From the IMG/VR virus record IMGVR_UViG_3300014656_000118, positions 1 to 25,588 of that record: a stretch of 25,588 bases of DNA, one strand, 5' to 3'. The DNA is from a virus (lineage: Duplodnaviria > Caudoviricetes). This document shows positions 1 through 7,327 of this stretch, one piece after another; position 1 is the stretch's first letter; every line of letters begins with the position of its first letter. Under the pieces are notes generated by a model. It made no database searches. It was not told where the DNA came from and worked only from the letters and a program-made list of their open reading frames with translations. The position numbers and the translations under genes were made by a program.

Positions 1-20
1 AATCCAAGTATTTTTTTCAT
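1..20 (-). CDS. 5' end of a leftward gene running off the window (MKKILG...)
   Basis: On the minus strand GGAGG (30-26) precedes ATG at 20-18; the frame stays open to the window edge. Confidence 0.55.
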
Positions 21-130
21 TTTACCCTCCATTATAAATATTTAAGTTGATTTTATAGAAATAGTGTTCTATAATGATGCTTGCCAATTGTCCTTTACTG
101 AAATGGAGCCGTGATGGGGAAAATCCTTGC

Positions 131-553
131 TTATTGTGCAGAATTAGAAGTGTCTTTAGAGATAATTTCAAAACCGTATTTTTTCAGAATTTCTTCTTGC
201 AACTCAAGCGCCTTGGGGGAATCACCGGAGACCTTGTATTCGGCCAGCGTCTCTCTGATCTCGAATGCAATAGATCGGGTGGGCTCTGGTAGCGAATCAA
301 TAGGGTCTGAAGGAACAGGTAAACCTAAAACTTCATAAACAATATTGCCGTATCTATTTACCCATGCAGAAATTGTTTTTTGATCTTGAGGGATAGAACC
401 CCCTTTTTTTGTTTGTCTTGACATCAATGGTTGAGTAATACCTACCCATTCAGCAAACTCTGAAAGGGTTTTTCTAGTATCACCCCTCCATGCAATGAAG
501 GCGCTGTTTGCAAACTCATACCATTCTTCCCGAATATCCATATCAGATTTCAT
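131..553 (-). CDS. CI-like phage repressor, XRE-type helix-turn-helix
   Basis: HTH-like segment TLSEFAEWVGITQPLMSR; divergent from the long rightward operon; no C-terminal S24 peptidase domain evident. Confidence 0.75.
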   Translation of the reverse strand: MKSDMDIREEWYEFANSAFIAWRGDTRKTLSEFAEWVGITQPLMSRQTKKGGSIPQDQKTISAWVNRYGNIVYEVLGLPVPSDPIDSLPEPTRSIAFEIRETLAEYKVSGDSPKALELQEEILKKYGFEIISKDTSNSAQ

Positions 554-559
554 TCTCCA

Positions 560-565
560 ATTATA
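560..565 (-). promoter_or_regulatory. -10 box (TATAAT) of the leftward repressor promoter
   Basis: attata at 560-565 reads TATAAT on the minus strand, 6 nt upstream of ATG 553; no good -35. Confidence 0.55.
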
Positions 566-595
566 GCGAATGTATAGAAAATACTATATTACCTA

Positions 596-624
596 TTGAC
601 ATTCCATGTAAAAAGACATACAAT
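596..624 (+). promoter_or_regulatory. Strong sigma70-type early rightward promoter
   Basis: TTGACA (596-601), 17 nt spacer, TACAAT (619-624). Confidence 0.85.
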
Positions 625-664
625 ATGCAAGACACATAAAAAAGTAGTGAAGCATGGAGGTCGG

Positions 665-889
665 ATGGTAGAAAAAAAAGAATATCAAAAGAATTGGACT
701 TTTACAGGAACTTCGTTAGCTCAACTATTTGCTATCAGTGAGAAAGAAAAACGTTCACAGCAAAATATGATTGAAGTATTGATTGATGATAAGTTCCATA
801 AGGTTTTTGGCGAAGACTCAATTGCCATAGCTGATGGTTATCCAATCAAAAATGTAAAAATCTCAAGGGTCCCGGATGTGAGTTCGTAA
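665..889 (+). CDS. Cro-position DNA-binding protein, ribbon-helix-helix-like
   Basis: GGAGG at 656-660 before ATG 665; KNWTFTGTSLAQLFAISEKEKRSQQNMIEVLIDD fits the strand-helix-RS-helix pattern of Arc/CopG proteins. Confidence 0.65.
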   Translation: MVEKKEYQKNWTFTGTSLAQLFAISEKEKRSQQNMIEVLIDDKFHKVFGEDSIAIADGYPIKNVKISRVPDVSS

Positions 890-935
890 GATCGTTTTCA
901 TGTGCTTATCGTAGCACCTGAAAGCGATTTTGCTT

Positions 936-1000
936 AAAAAGCCGCGTAAAAGCTGCGAAAAAGCCCGCAAAAAGATGCGAAAAAGATGAGAAAAGATGAC
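936..1000 (+). repeat. Six degenerate ~11-bp tandem repeats with phased A-tracts
   Basis: A4-5 tracts start at 936, 948, 958, 969, 980 and 991, with units such as AAAAAGATGCG. Confidence 0.75.
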
Positions 1001-1256
1001 AGACAAACCGATTGCATGGCCATATAAAGCAAAAGGGGCAAGAGACAAAGCTGCAGAGGCAGCGGTCGCAAGCTTGCTCGCATTGCGGCCATTGATCACC
1101 GGCAGACAGATTACCGACCCAGAAACACTGCGCAATTTAGCAGTGATTAACCACAACCTAAGCTTCATCCAATCAACACTTGAGGCGGTTGGGGCACAAA
1201 CCAAAGTCGAAGCAGATTTTTGGACATTACCCAAGGGAGTATTGAATGGTCGCTGA
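996..1256 (+). CDS. Hypothetical phage protein
   Basis: 86-aa ORF in the early operon, overlapping the next gene. Confidence 0.65.
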   Translation: MTDKPIAWPYKAKGARDKAAEAAVASLLALRPLITGRQITDPETLRNLAVINHNLSFIQSTLEAVGAQTKVEADFWTLPKGVLNGR

Positions 1257-1497
1257 GCTAATGATTAACAATGAAATGATTATTGAAGATGATGGTGTTG
1301 ATATTTTTATCCATTTTCTGCATGCGATTTGGAAAGCCCAGGAGGGTGATGTGGAATTGGTGGATTGCTTCAATGCTATCCAGTTAGATCTGCGGCTGAA
1401 TCCAATGGCTTTATTTGGGTTGTTGATGAGCCGAAAGCCCCTGACGGTTGACCAGGCGTTGATTTTGAAACGAATTATTGAACTGGGAGGGAAGTGA
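1246..1497 (+). CDS. Hypothetical phage protein
   Basis: AAGGGAG RBS; TGATG coupling to the next ORF. Confidence 0.65.
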   Translation: MVAELMINNEMIIEDDGVDIFIHFLHAIWKAQEGDVELVDCFNAIQLDLRLNPMALFGLLMSRKPLTVDQALILKRIIELGGK

Positions 1498-1586
1498 TGG
1501 CAGAGATTCCGTGGGTAATTTCGGTATTTGTGTTTGGCTGCATCATGTTGGCGCTGGATGCAAAGACGTTCAAATCAGACAAGTAA
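1497..1586 (+). CDS. Small single-pass membrane protein, 29 aa (not in ORF track)
   Basis: MAEIPWVISVFVFGCIMLALDAKTFKSDK; GGGAGG RBS, TGATG overlap, fills the gap between neighbours. Confidence 0.6.
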   Translation: MAEIPWVISVFVFGCIMLALDAKTFKSDK

Positions 1587-1598
1587 AAGGAGAGGTCA

Positions 1599-1832
1599 AT
1601 GGAAGAACAGAATCAAGTAAAAGATGATCAGGTTGAAAAGGTTCAAGAGAAAAATTTTACCCTGCCAGAACCTGAAGACATGGTGGATATCGGCGTTGAA
1701 TTCAACCTCAAGACCAATATGGTGATCTTGAAAGTTGGATTGAAAAAGATTGGCTTCACAATCGAAGGCGCTCGAAATCTTGCGCTGGCATTGCGCCAAT
1801 CGGCCAATATGGTTGAGAAGCACGCCAATTAA
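1599..1832 (+). CDS. Hypothetical phage protein
   Basis: AGGAGAGG RBS, 77 aa. Confidence 0.75.
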   Translation: MEEQNQVKDDQVEKVQEKNFTLPEPEDMVDIGVEFNLKTNMVILKVGLKKIGFTIEGARNLALALRQSANMVEKHAN

Positions 1833-1833
1833 T

Positions 1834-1913
1834 CCCTGCATGGCAGGGCGTTCGTAGGAAATGCTGGAGAACCATCCAGCATCTCCGCGCTGAAAATAGC
1901 AGCGCTTCGACGA
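1834..1913 (+). other. Structured intergenic element with three hairpins
   Basis: CCCTGC/GCAGGG (1834-1848), ATGCTGGA/TCCAGCAT (1861-1882), GCGCTG/CAGCGC (1887-1905). Confidence 0.6.
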
Positions 1914-1938
1914 TCTCAATCCAAAGAAAAGAGAAAAG

Positions 1939-2277
1939 ATGATTAATACACTCAGCACCACCCCCAAGATTTTAGGACCCAAACAAATCCCTCCAACCAT
2001 AAAAGTGCGTGATTTGATCAGCAAACAGGTTGCACTTGAATTACCTGAGATCAAACAGGGTTTTGCTATGGCTATTCAATATCACGATGGTGAAGCCCTG
2101 CGCGTGGGCAGAAAACAGATCTTGATGGCCTGTTCAAGAATTTATGGCACTGGCCGTATCGAAACCGCAAGCGAGGGAGGAATCCTTTATGTGTGGTTGA
2201 AACCTGAAGATATGAAGATCGCCATCCAGGTGAAGTCTCATTTGATGGGTACTGACATGAGCGTGTCTTATGAATAA
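1939..2277 (+). CDS. Hypothetical protein coupled to the recombinase gene
   Basis: 112-aa ORF overlapping the recombinase start by 8 nt. Confidence 0.65.
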   Translation: MINTLSTTPKILGPKQIPPTIKVRDLISKQVALELPEIKQGFAMAIQYHDGEALRVGRKQILMACSRIYGTGRIETASEGGILYVWLKPEDMKIAIQVKSHLMGTDMSVSYE

Positions 2278-3178
2278 CGAGGCAGGCACGTTTGACTTCA
2301 CGCCATGGGCTGAATGGCTGGCCAACACAGGCAACCATGACCAGGGCAGATCATCCAAGACGGTTATGGCGCTGGTGCAAGACATGCGCGTGTTATCAAG
2401 ATGGTTCGAGATCCACACTGATCAGGCTTTTTCTCCTGCCAGCGTCACCTCCTACGATTTGAGGGCGTTTCATCATCATGAGATTGTGGAGCTGAAGCGC
2501 GAAGCATCCACCTGGAACAGACGGCGGGTATCGTTGTCTTTGTTCTTTGGCTGGTGTGTTGAAAGCGGATTGATCATCGACTCCCCTTTCAAGGGAATCC
2601 CTTATCAAGAAGAGGTAGAGAAACCTGCGAAGTGGCCCTCAAAGTCTGATTACTTCAAATTCATGCGCCGGGTTGAGCAATCGATCAATTCAGCCAAGAC
2701 CGAAACGCAGCGCAAGCGAGCACTCCGCGACCAGGCAATGATCATGCTGATGGCATGCTCTGGCATGCGCGTTGGTGAAGTTGATGAACTCGCATCCTCC
2801 GATCTACTGCTGAGTGAACGTAAAGGCGACGCGAGGATCCGAAACGGTAAACGCGGCAAGGCGCGGACTGTACCTGTGGGAAGGGAATCACGCCAGGCGC
2901 TGACGGCATGGCTTGAGGCGACTGATATCCAGAAGGATGATGAACTGTTTACGATCACCACACGCCAGATCCAACGGCGGGTGAGTGAGATTGCCAGAGC
3001 TGCAGGTGTGCAGATTACTCCGCATCAACTGCGGCATCGGATGATCCACGAAATGCTGGCCAATAATGTGCCGCTGCCGGTCGCGCAGGATATTGTGGGT
3101 CACAAGAACGGCAATACCACGCTGCGCTATGCCAAATCGAGCGATGAAGAACGGTCGGCTGCAGTAGAAAATCTTTGA
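2270..3178 (+). CDS. Tyrosine recombinase (XerC/D-like size and architecture)
   Basis: Catalytic motifs GMRVGE, NGKRGK, HQLRH, VGH and TTLRY; N-terminal core-binding domain; 302 aa with no arm-binding extension. Confidence 0.95.
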   Translation: MNNEAGTFDFTPWAEWLANTGNHDQGRSSKTVMALVQDMRVLSRWFEIHTDQAFSPASVTSYDLRAFHHHEIVELKREASTWNRRRVSLSLFFGWCVESGLIIDSPFKGIPYQEEVEKPAKWPSKSDYFKFMRRVEQSINSAKTETQRKRALRDQAMIMLMACSGMRVGEVDELASSDLLLSERKGDARIRNGKRGKARTVPVGRESRQALTAWLEATDIQKDDELFTITTRQIQRRVSEIARAAGVQITPHQLRHRMIHEMLANNVPLPVAQDIVGHKNGNTTLRYAKSSDEERSAAVENL

Positions 3179-3185
3179 AAATGCG

Positions 3186-3243
3186 CTCCCTGATATGGCT
3201 GCGAGTGGTCAACCACCCACTCGGCCATCCGCAGCCCAGGGAG
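3186..3243 (+). other. GC-rich stem-loop after the recombinase gene
   Basis: CTCCCTG/CAGGGAG, GGCTGCG/CGCAGCC and GAGTGG/CCACTC pairings; no immediate U-tract. Confidence 0.55.
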
Positions 3244-3274
3244 ATAAATTTTATTCTGATGAATCGGAGGCTGA

Positions 3275-3535
3275 ATGAAGGGATCAACGCTACCAGGTAC
3301 TGTGCAAATGAGAGTTTTGATTGACAAGGAAGAGGCAGAAGATTTCTCGCGCAAGTTATCGGGGTTTCTGCGGTCCAACGGTATGAATGTGGTTGGTGTA
3401 TCGAGCGACTTCCCTGATCGGTATGATCCGGATAGGGTGAAGTTCCATGTTACGGCAGTGCCGCGGGCTGGTGTTGTGCGTGACAGAAGAGAGGTGATTG
3501 ATGATCACCACTTTGTTGGGTCTAGTGAAGGCTAG
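3275..3535 (+). CDS. Hypothetical phage protein
   Basis: GGAGG RBS, 86 aa. Confidence 0.7.
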   Translation: MKGSTLPGTVQMRVLIDKEEAEDFSRKLSGFLRSNGMNVVGVSSDFPDRYDPDRVKFHVTAVPRAGVVRDRREVIDDHHFVGSSEG

Positions 3536-3537
3536 TT

Positions 3538-3750
3538 ATGACAGTCATTGTTGATTCCAAGGGCAATACAGCATCAATAGAATACGCGGACCTTCCGAGT
3601 ATTCAGATGCCGTCTTGGTCGTTTGGAATCAACAAGCTGTTTGATTTTCTGGAAAAGTGTGAGCGTGAGAGTGCCGCCGTCCCCGTTGCGGATAGCCGTA
3701 TTGGTGCAATGCAAATAGAGGCAGTGGCACTGTCCGCGGGTGAGGTATGA
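3538..3750 (+). CDS. Hypothetical phage protein
   Basis: Starts 2 nt after the previous stop; 70 aa. Confidence 0.6.
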   Translation: MTVIVDSKGNTASIEYADLPSIQMPSWSFGINKLFDFLEKCERESAAVPVADSRIGAMQIEAVALSAGEV

Positions 3751-3944
3751 AAGCAGTAGTAATAAAAATCGGGATGTTCCCAAATTCACTGCCAAACTGC
3801 CTGTTTGTCTCGTTGTTGAAAAAGTATTTTGGCTGTTGGTTAGAAAAAGGTCGCGTAACAAACATTATGCGACATAGCAAGGCTGATCAGGCACAATTTT
3901 CAAGCGTTTTTGGGCAGATAACACACTTAATCCGCGTCGCATAA
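3747..3944 (+). CDS. Doubtful ORF overlapping the recombination site
   Basis: GAGGT RBS and ATGA overlap support it, but it spans the dif-like site and has no recognisable motif. Confidence 0.3.
   Translation: MKAVVIKIGMFPNSLPNCLFVSLLKKYFGCWLEKGRVTNIMRHSKADQAQFSSVFGQITHLIRVA
3848..3875. other. Putative tyrosine-recombinase core site (dif/lox-like, 11-6-11)
   Basis: AGGTCGCGTAA-CAAACA-TTATGCGACAT; arms are 9/11 inverted, with TAA...TTA flanking a 6-bp spacer; an extra arm copy GTCGCATAA lies at 3936-3944. Confidence 0.7.
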
Positions 3945-4060
3945 GGTTGAAAAGTTGAGAGGGGGGTAGGCGACCTCGAAGAGCGCATGTCAAAAACGCG
4001 CTCCCTGCGCAAAAATTTGCGAGCAATTTTAAAAAGTATTCGGTATTTGGAGATTCAACA

Positions 4061-5197
4061 TTGACACAAAATTTGGAAGATCTTATTGAGGATGCAAAGC
4101 GATTGAACCCAATTGAGCAATTGGTTGCTGAGGCGCCTGGCTTTTCGTTGAAAGGGCATGGGCGATATCTTACGACTCAAGAGCATGACAGCCTGATCAT
4201 CGATACCCACAATAATGCCTATTTCTGGAATTCGAGGGCAGAGCAAGGTGACAACATCTCTTGGGTGCAAAATCGGAATGGATGGGATTTCAAATCTGCA
4301 ATTGAGTATTTGTGCCAGCGTGCGGGTCTTGCTGCTCCTGAGTGGGGTGCAGGGTCGCCGGGTCATCGGCTGGCAACCAGGGCGAGACAAGAGGTTTTTG
4401 AGGTTGCCGCGGGCATTTTTTCTGCTGCTCTTTGGAAAAATCAGGGGGCGCTTAACTATGCTATGTCGCGAGGTTGGACTGAAGAGACAATTCACCGGGC
4501 AAGACTCGGATACACCGGCGATATCAAGCAATTTGACGCGCTCAAAGAAGAGATCGCTGGTGCGATTGTTACCAACGGCGGGGACCCAACCGCGCTGGCT
4601 GGTGCCGCTGTTTTGGGTTTTCGCGGCGACGTGCGCCGGTGGATGAGTGACCATGAGCTGCAGCCAGATGAGGATTGGATCAGCAATGGCAGGATCCCTG
4701 GGCTTGTTGGGCGCGACATGCTGATCTACCCACATTACTTTGGCGGACGGTGCTCTTATTTCAGCGGTCGCGGGGTGCATGAGAAAAGTCATTATCAACT
4801 GCCGGTTGTTCTGGCTGGAAACCGTCAGATCTACTGCAATTGGGAATGGTCAAGCCAGGCGAAGTTTTGCGTGATCGTCGAAGGCCAGGCAGACGCAGTT
4901 TCTTGTGCCCAATGGGGATACCCGGCTGTTGCACTGTGCGGCGTGAGCATGGATGAGCATGTGGCGAAGTTTCTTGGTGCAGGGATGGATGATCGGGAAG
5001 TGGATTTTTACCTTGGCCTGGATTCTGACAGTGCCGGTAATGTTTGGAACAATAAAATTGCGAAGCTTCTTGGACCAATGACCAGAATCGTTGAATGGAA
5101 CGGGATTGCAGGAATTACAAGCTTTATTGATCCAATCACCGGCGCTGAAAAGGATGTAAAGGATGCAAATGATCTGCTGAGGGGGATGACCAAATGA
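4061..5197 (+). CDS. DnaG-like DNA primase (TOPRIM)
   Basis: TOPRIM motifs IVEGQADA, LGLDSDSAG and KDANDLL; N-terminal CHC2-like domain ending GDNISWVQ...FKSAIEYL; TTG start after GGAG. Confidence 0.9.
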   Translation: MTQNLEDLIEDAKRLNPIEQLVAEAPGFSLKGHGRYLTTQEHDSLIIDTHNNAYFWNSRAEQGDNISWVQNRNGWDFKSAIEYLCQRAGLAAPEWGAGSPGHRLATRARQEVFEVAAGIFSAALWKNQGALNYAMSRGWTEETIHRARLGYTGDIKQFDALKEEIAGAIVTNGGDPTALAGAAVLGFRGDVRRWMSDHELQPDEDWISNGRIPGLVGRDMLIYPHYFGGRCSYFSGRGVHEKSHYQLPVVLAGNRQIYCNWEWSSQAKFCVIVEGQADAVSCAQWGYPAVALCGVSMDEHVAKFLGAGMDDREVDFYLGLDSDSAGNVWNNKIAKLLGPMTRIVEWNGIAGITSFIDPITGAEKDVKDANDLLRGMTK

Positions 5198-6966
5198 CTC
5201 ATCAAGCCCTCGCACTTGCAGATCAATGCATAGCAATTGGTAATGCAATGAACAATGCCCAGACATTCGCTGAAAAAATGGCGGAGTATGCGGGCAAAAA
5301 GAAAGGCGCCGAGCATGATGAGGCATTGAAACAAGCAATTGCAGTGATCGCTCAGATGGAAGATTTTCATCTTTCACAATACCAGGGCAAGCTTGCAGAG
5401 CTTTTGCACATCAACCAACGAGATCTGAAGCGAATGGTCAAGACCGCTTTGACCGATACCAAAACCGAAGAGGGTGAGAACGTTGAATTCACGATGGGTG
5501 GATATATCGGCGGCTTTATTGTTGATATGACCTACGACCCGGATGATCAACAGACCATGCTTGCCTGGCGTGATACAAACGGCAAGATTGAGAGCGGCCC
5601 GCGGGTGACGATCAACAACAAGAAGTACGCTGCACTGCCTGCATCCAACACAATTTTGGTCAATGGGGTGCTTTTCCCATCCAAACTTGGACCAAAGAAA
5701 TCAACCAAAGAGCTGGTGGTGATGATCGAATGGTTTATCAAGTGCGTTTACCTTTTATCAAATCCATTGTTTGCAAAGATCATCACGTATTACATCTTGC
5801 TCACCTGGGTGTATGACGCTTACCCTGCCATCCCTTATTTGAGGGCAACAGGAGAGCCTGGAAGCGGTAAATCAGAGCTGATGCAGCGTATTGGGCTGTT
5901 GTGTTATCGCAGGATCATTGCCAGCGGTGCCAGCTCAACCGCAAGCCTCTTCAGGATGGTTGAGAAGTATCGCGGAACGGTGTTTTTGGATGAGATGGAC
6001 CTGCAGAAAAGCGATGCATCCAGCGATTATGTCAAGTTTTTGGTGCAGGGTTCGATGGATGGAAACCCGATCTTCAGGTGTGAAGAGGTGCAGGTAGACG
6101 GCAAAAAAGAGATCCAAGAGATCATGTTCCGTACTTTTTGCCCGAAATTGATTGCAATGCAGGGTGATTTCTTTGATAAAGCGGTTGGCACCAGGTGTAT
6201 CACCTTCCAGGTGCAGCCGAGAGAAACTTATGAGCTGGTGGATGCCAAGGTACCACTCAGCCAAACGATGGAAATGAAGGCTGAGGCGCTGGCCATCCGC
6301 AATGCGCTGCTGAGGTGGCGTTTGGAAATGTGGCAGCCATCCATTGAAATTGATCCGGCGTTCTATAACCTGAATATCACTGCCAGACTTAACCAGGTGA
6401 CTGTTCCGTTGATGATGCTGGCAAAGGATGACCCTGATCTGCAGGCTGAAATCAATACGTTCATGAATGAATATCATCTTTACCTGGTGCAGGATAAAGC
6501 CATGACGATCGAAGCCAGAATTGTTGAGGCGATGTGGAAGATATACAAATACCCGGATACCAACAGCGCGATGGTAGAGAAAGACCCGGATGGCAGGGAA
6601 AAGATGAAGATCGGGCACGTGAAAGATATTGCCAATCAGATCATTGCTGAAATGAATATGGATGAAGCCGGTGAAAACGATACGAAGAAAAAAGATGTGC
6701 TTTCAGCGCAAAAGGTTGGCCACAGGATCAGGGAACGTTTGCAGATGGAAATCGCCAACAGGACCAATAAAGGCTTTTTTGTGTATTGGGATGAGCGGCA
6801 CATGCAAGCGCTGGCCAAGCGTTATGGTGTGAACCCTGATGAGATTGGGCCGATCGTGAAAAAAGAGACTGCTGCAGGTGCATCAACTTTTGGAAAGAAC
6901 ACAAAACCTGTTGAAAAATCAAAATCCATCCAGGAACAATTGCCAGAGGTTGAAGATGAAGACTGA
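5194..6966 (+). CDS. P-loop NTPase, putative replicative helicase / origin-binding protein
   Basis: Walker A GEPGSGKS, Walker B VFLDEMD; C-terminal winged-helix-like segment LSAQKVGHRIRERLQM...KGFFVYW; ATGA overlap with the primase. Confidence 0.85.
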   Translation: MTHQALALADQCIAIGNAMNNAQTFAEKMAEYAGKKKGAEHDEALKQAIAVIAQMEDFHLSQYQGKLAELLHINQRDLKRMVKTALTDTKTEEGENVEFTMGGYIGGFIVDMTYDPDDQQTMLAWRDTNGKIESGPRVTINNKKYAALPASNTILVNGVLFPSKLGPKKSTKELVVMIEWFIKCVYLLSNPLFAKIITYYILLTWVYDAYPAIPYLRATGEPGSGKSELMQRIGLLCYRRIIASGASSTASLFRMVEKYRGTVFLDEMDLQKSDASSDYVKFLVQGSMDGNPIFRCEEVQVDGKKEIQEIMFRTFCPKLIAMQGDFFDKAVGTRCITFQVQPRETYELVDAKVPLSQTMEMKAEALAIRNALLRWRLEMWQPSIEIDPAFYNLNITARLNQVTVPLMMLAKDDPDLQAEINTFMNEYHLYLVQDKAMTIEARIVEAMWKIYKYPDTNSAMVEKDPDGREKMKIGHVKDIANQIIAEMNMDEAGENDTKKKDVLSAQKVGHRIRERLQMEIANRTNKGFFVYWDERHMQALAKRYGVNPDEIGPIVKKETAAGASTFGKNTKPVEKSKSIQEQLPEVEDED

Positions 6967-6971
6967 TTCTA

Positions 6972-7313
6972 TGAACTTTGTGAACTTTGTGAACTTTGTA
7001 CGGGGTTTGGGCAATGTATTTTGTTTTTGTCGTCATAATTCGCAAAAAGTGACGACAAAACAAATATTTTTTTCCGGATTTTGGGCTTCAAAGTTCACAA
7101 GTTCACCAGGTTGTTTATTTGGTAATTTTTCTACTCAAAATATTACCGATTTATATCTAAAAAGGCTCAAAACTTGTGAATATATGAATTCTATGAATAG
7201 ATATATGGGTCAATTGGTTTTTATGCTATGCAGTTAGTGAACAGTAATTTTATTTAGTGAACTTTGAAAAATCAAAGTTCACCAGATGTTCACCTTTTGG
7301 TGAAGATGTTCAT
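6972..7313. repeat. Putative replication origin with iterons
   Basis: 3x TGAACTTTG (6972-6998); inverted copies at 7089-7107; perfect inverted repeat GTGAACTTTGA-AAAA-TCAAAGTTCAC (7257-7282); TGTTCACC (7287-7294); AT-rich stretches between. Confidence 0.8.
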
Positions 7314-7327
7314 TGAAAAGGATAAAG

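Noticed and set aside
596-664. N-terminal extension of the 596..889 ORF
   Set aside because: The TTG is part of the -35 box; the RBS supports ATG 665.
1834-1913. tRNA or hammerhead ribozyme
   Set aside because: No acceptor stem or T-loop in tRNA geometry, and no CUGANGA/GAAA core in the right arrangement.
2270-3178. Recombinase as the prophage integrase marking a boundary
   Set aside because: It is mid-operon with phage genes on both sides and lacks an arm-binding domain; an integration role is not excluded, but no boundary is visible.
6878-7237. 119-aa ORF containing MNFVNFVNFV
   Set aside because: It is a translation of the origin iterons.
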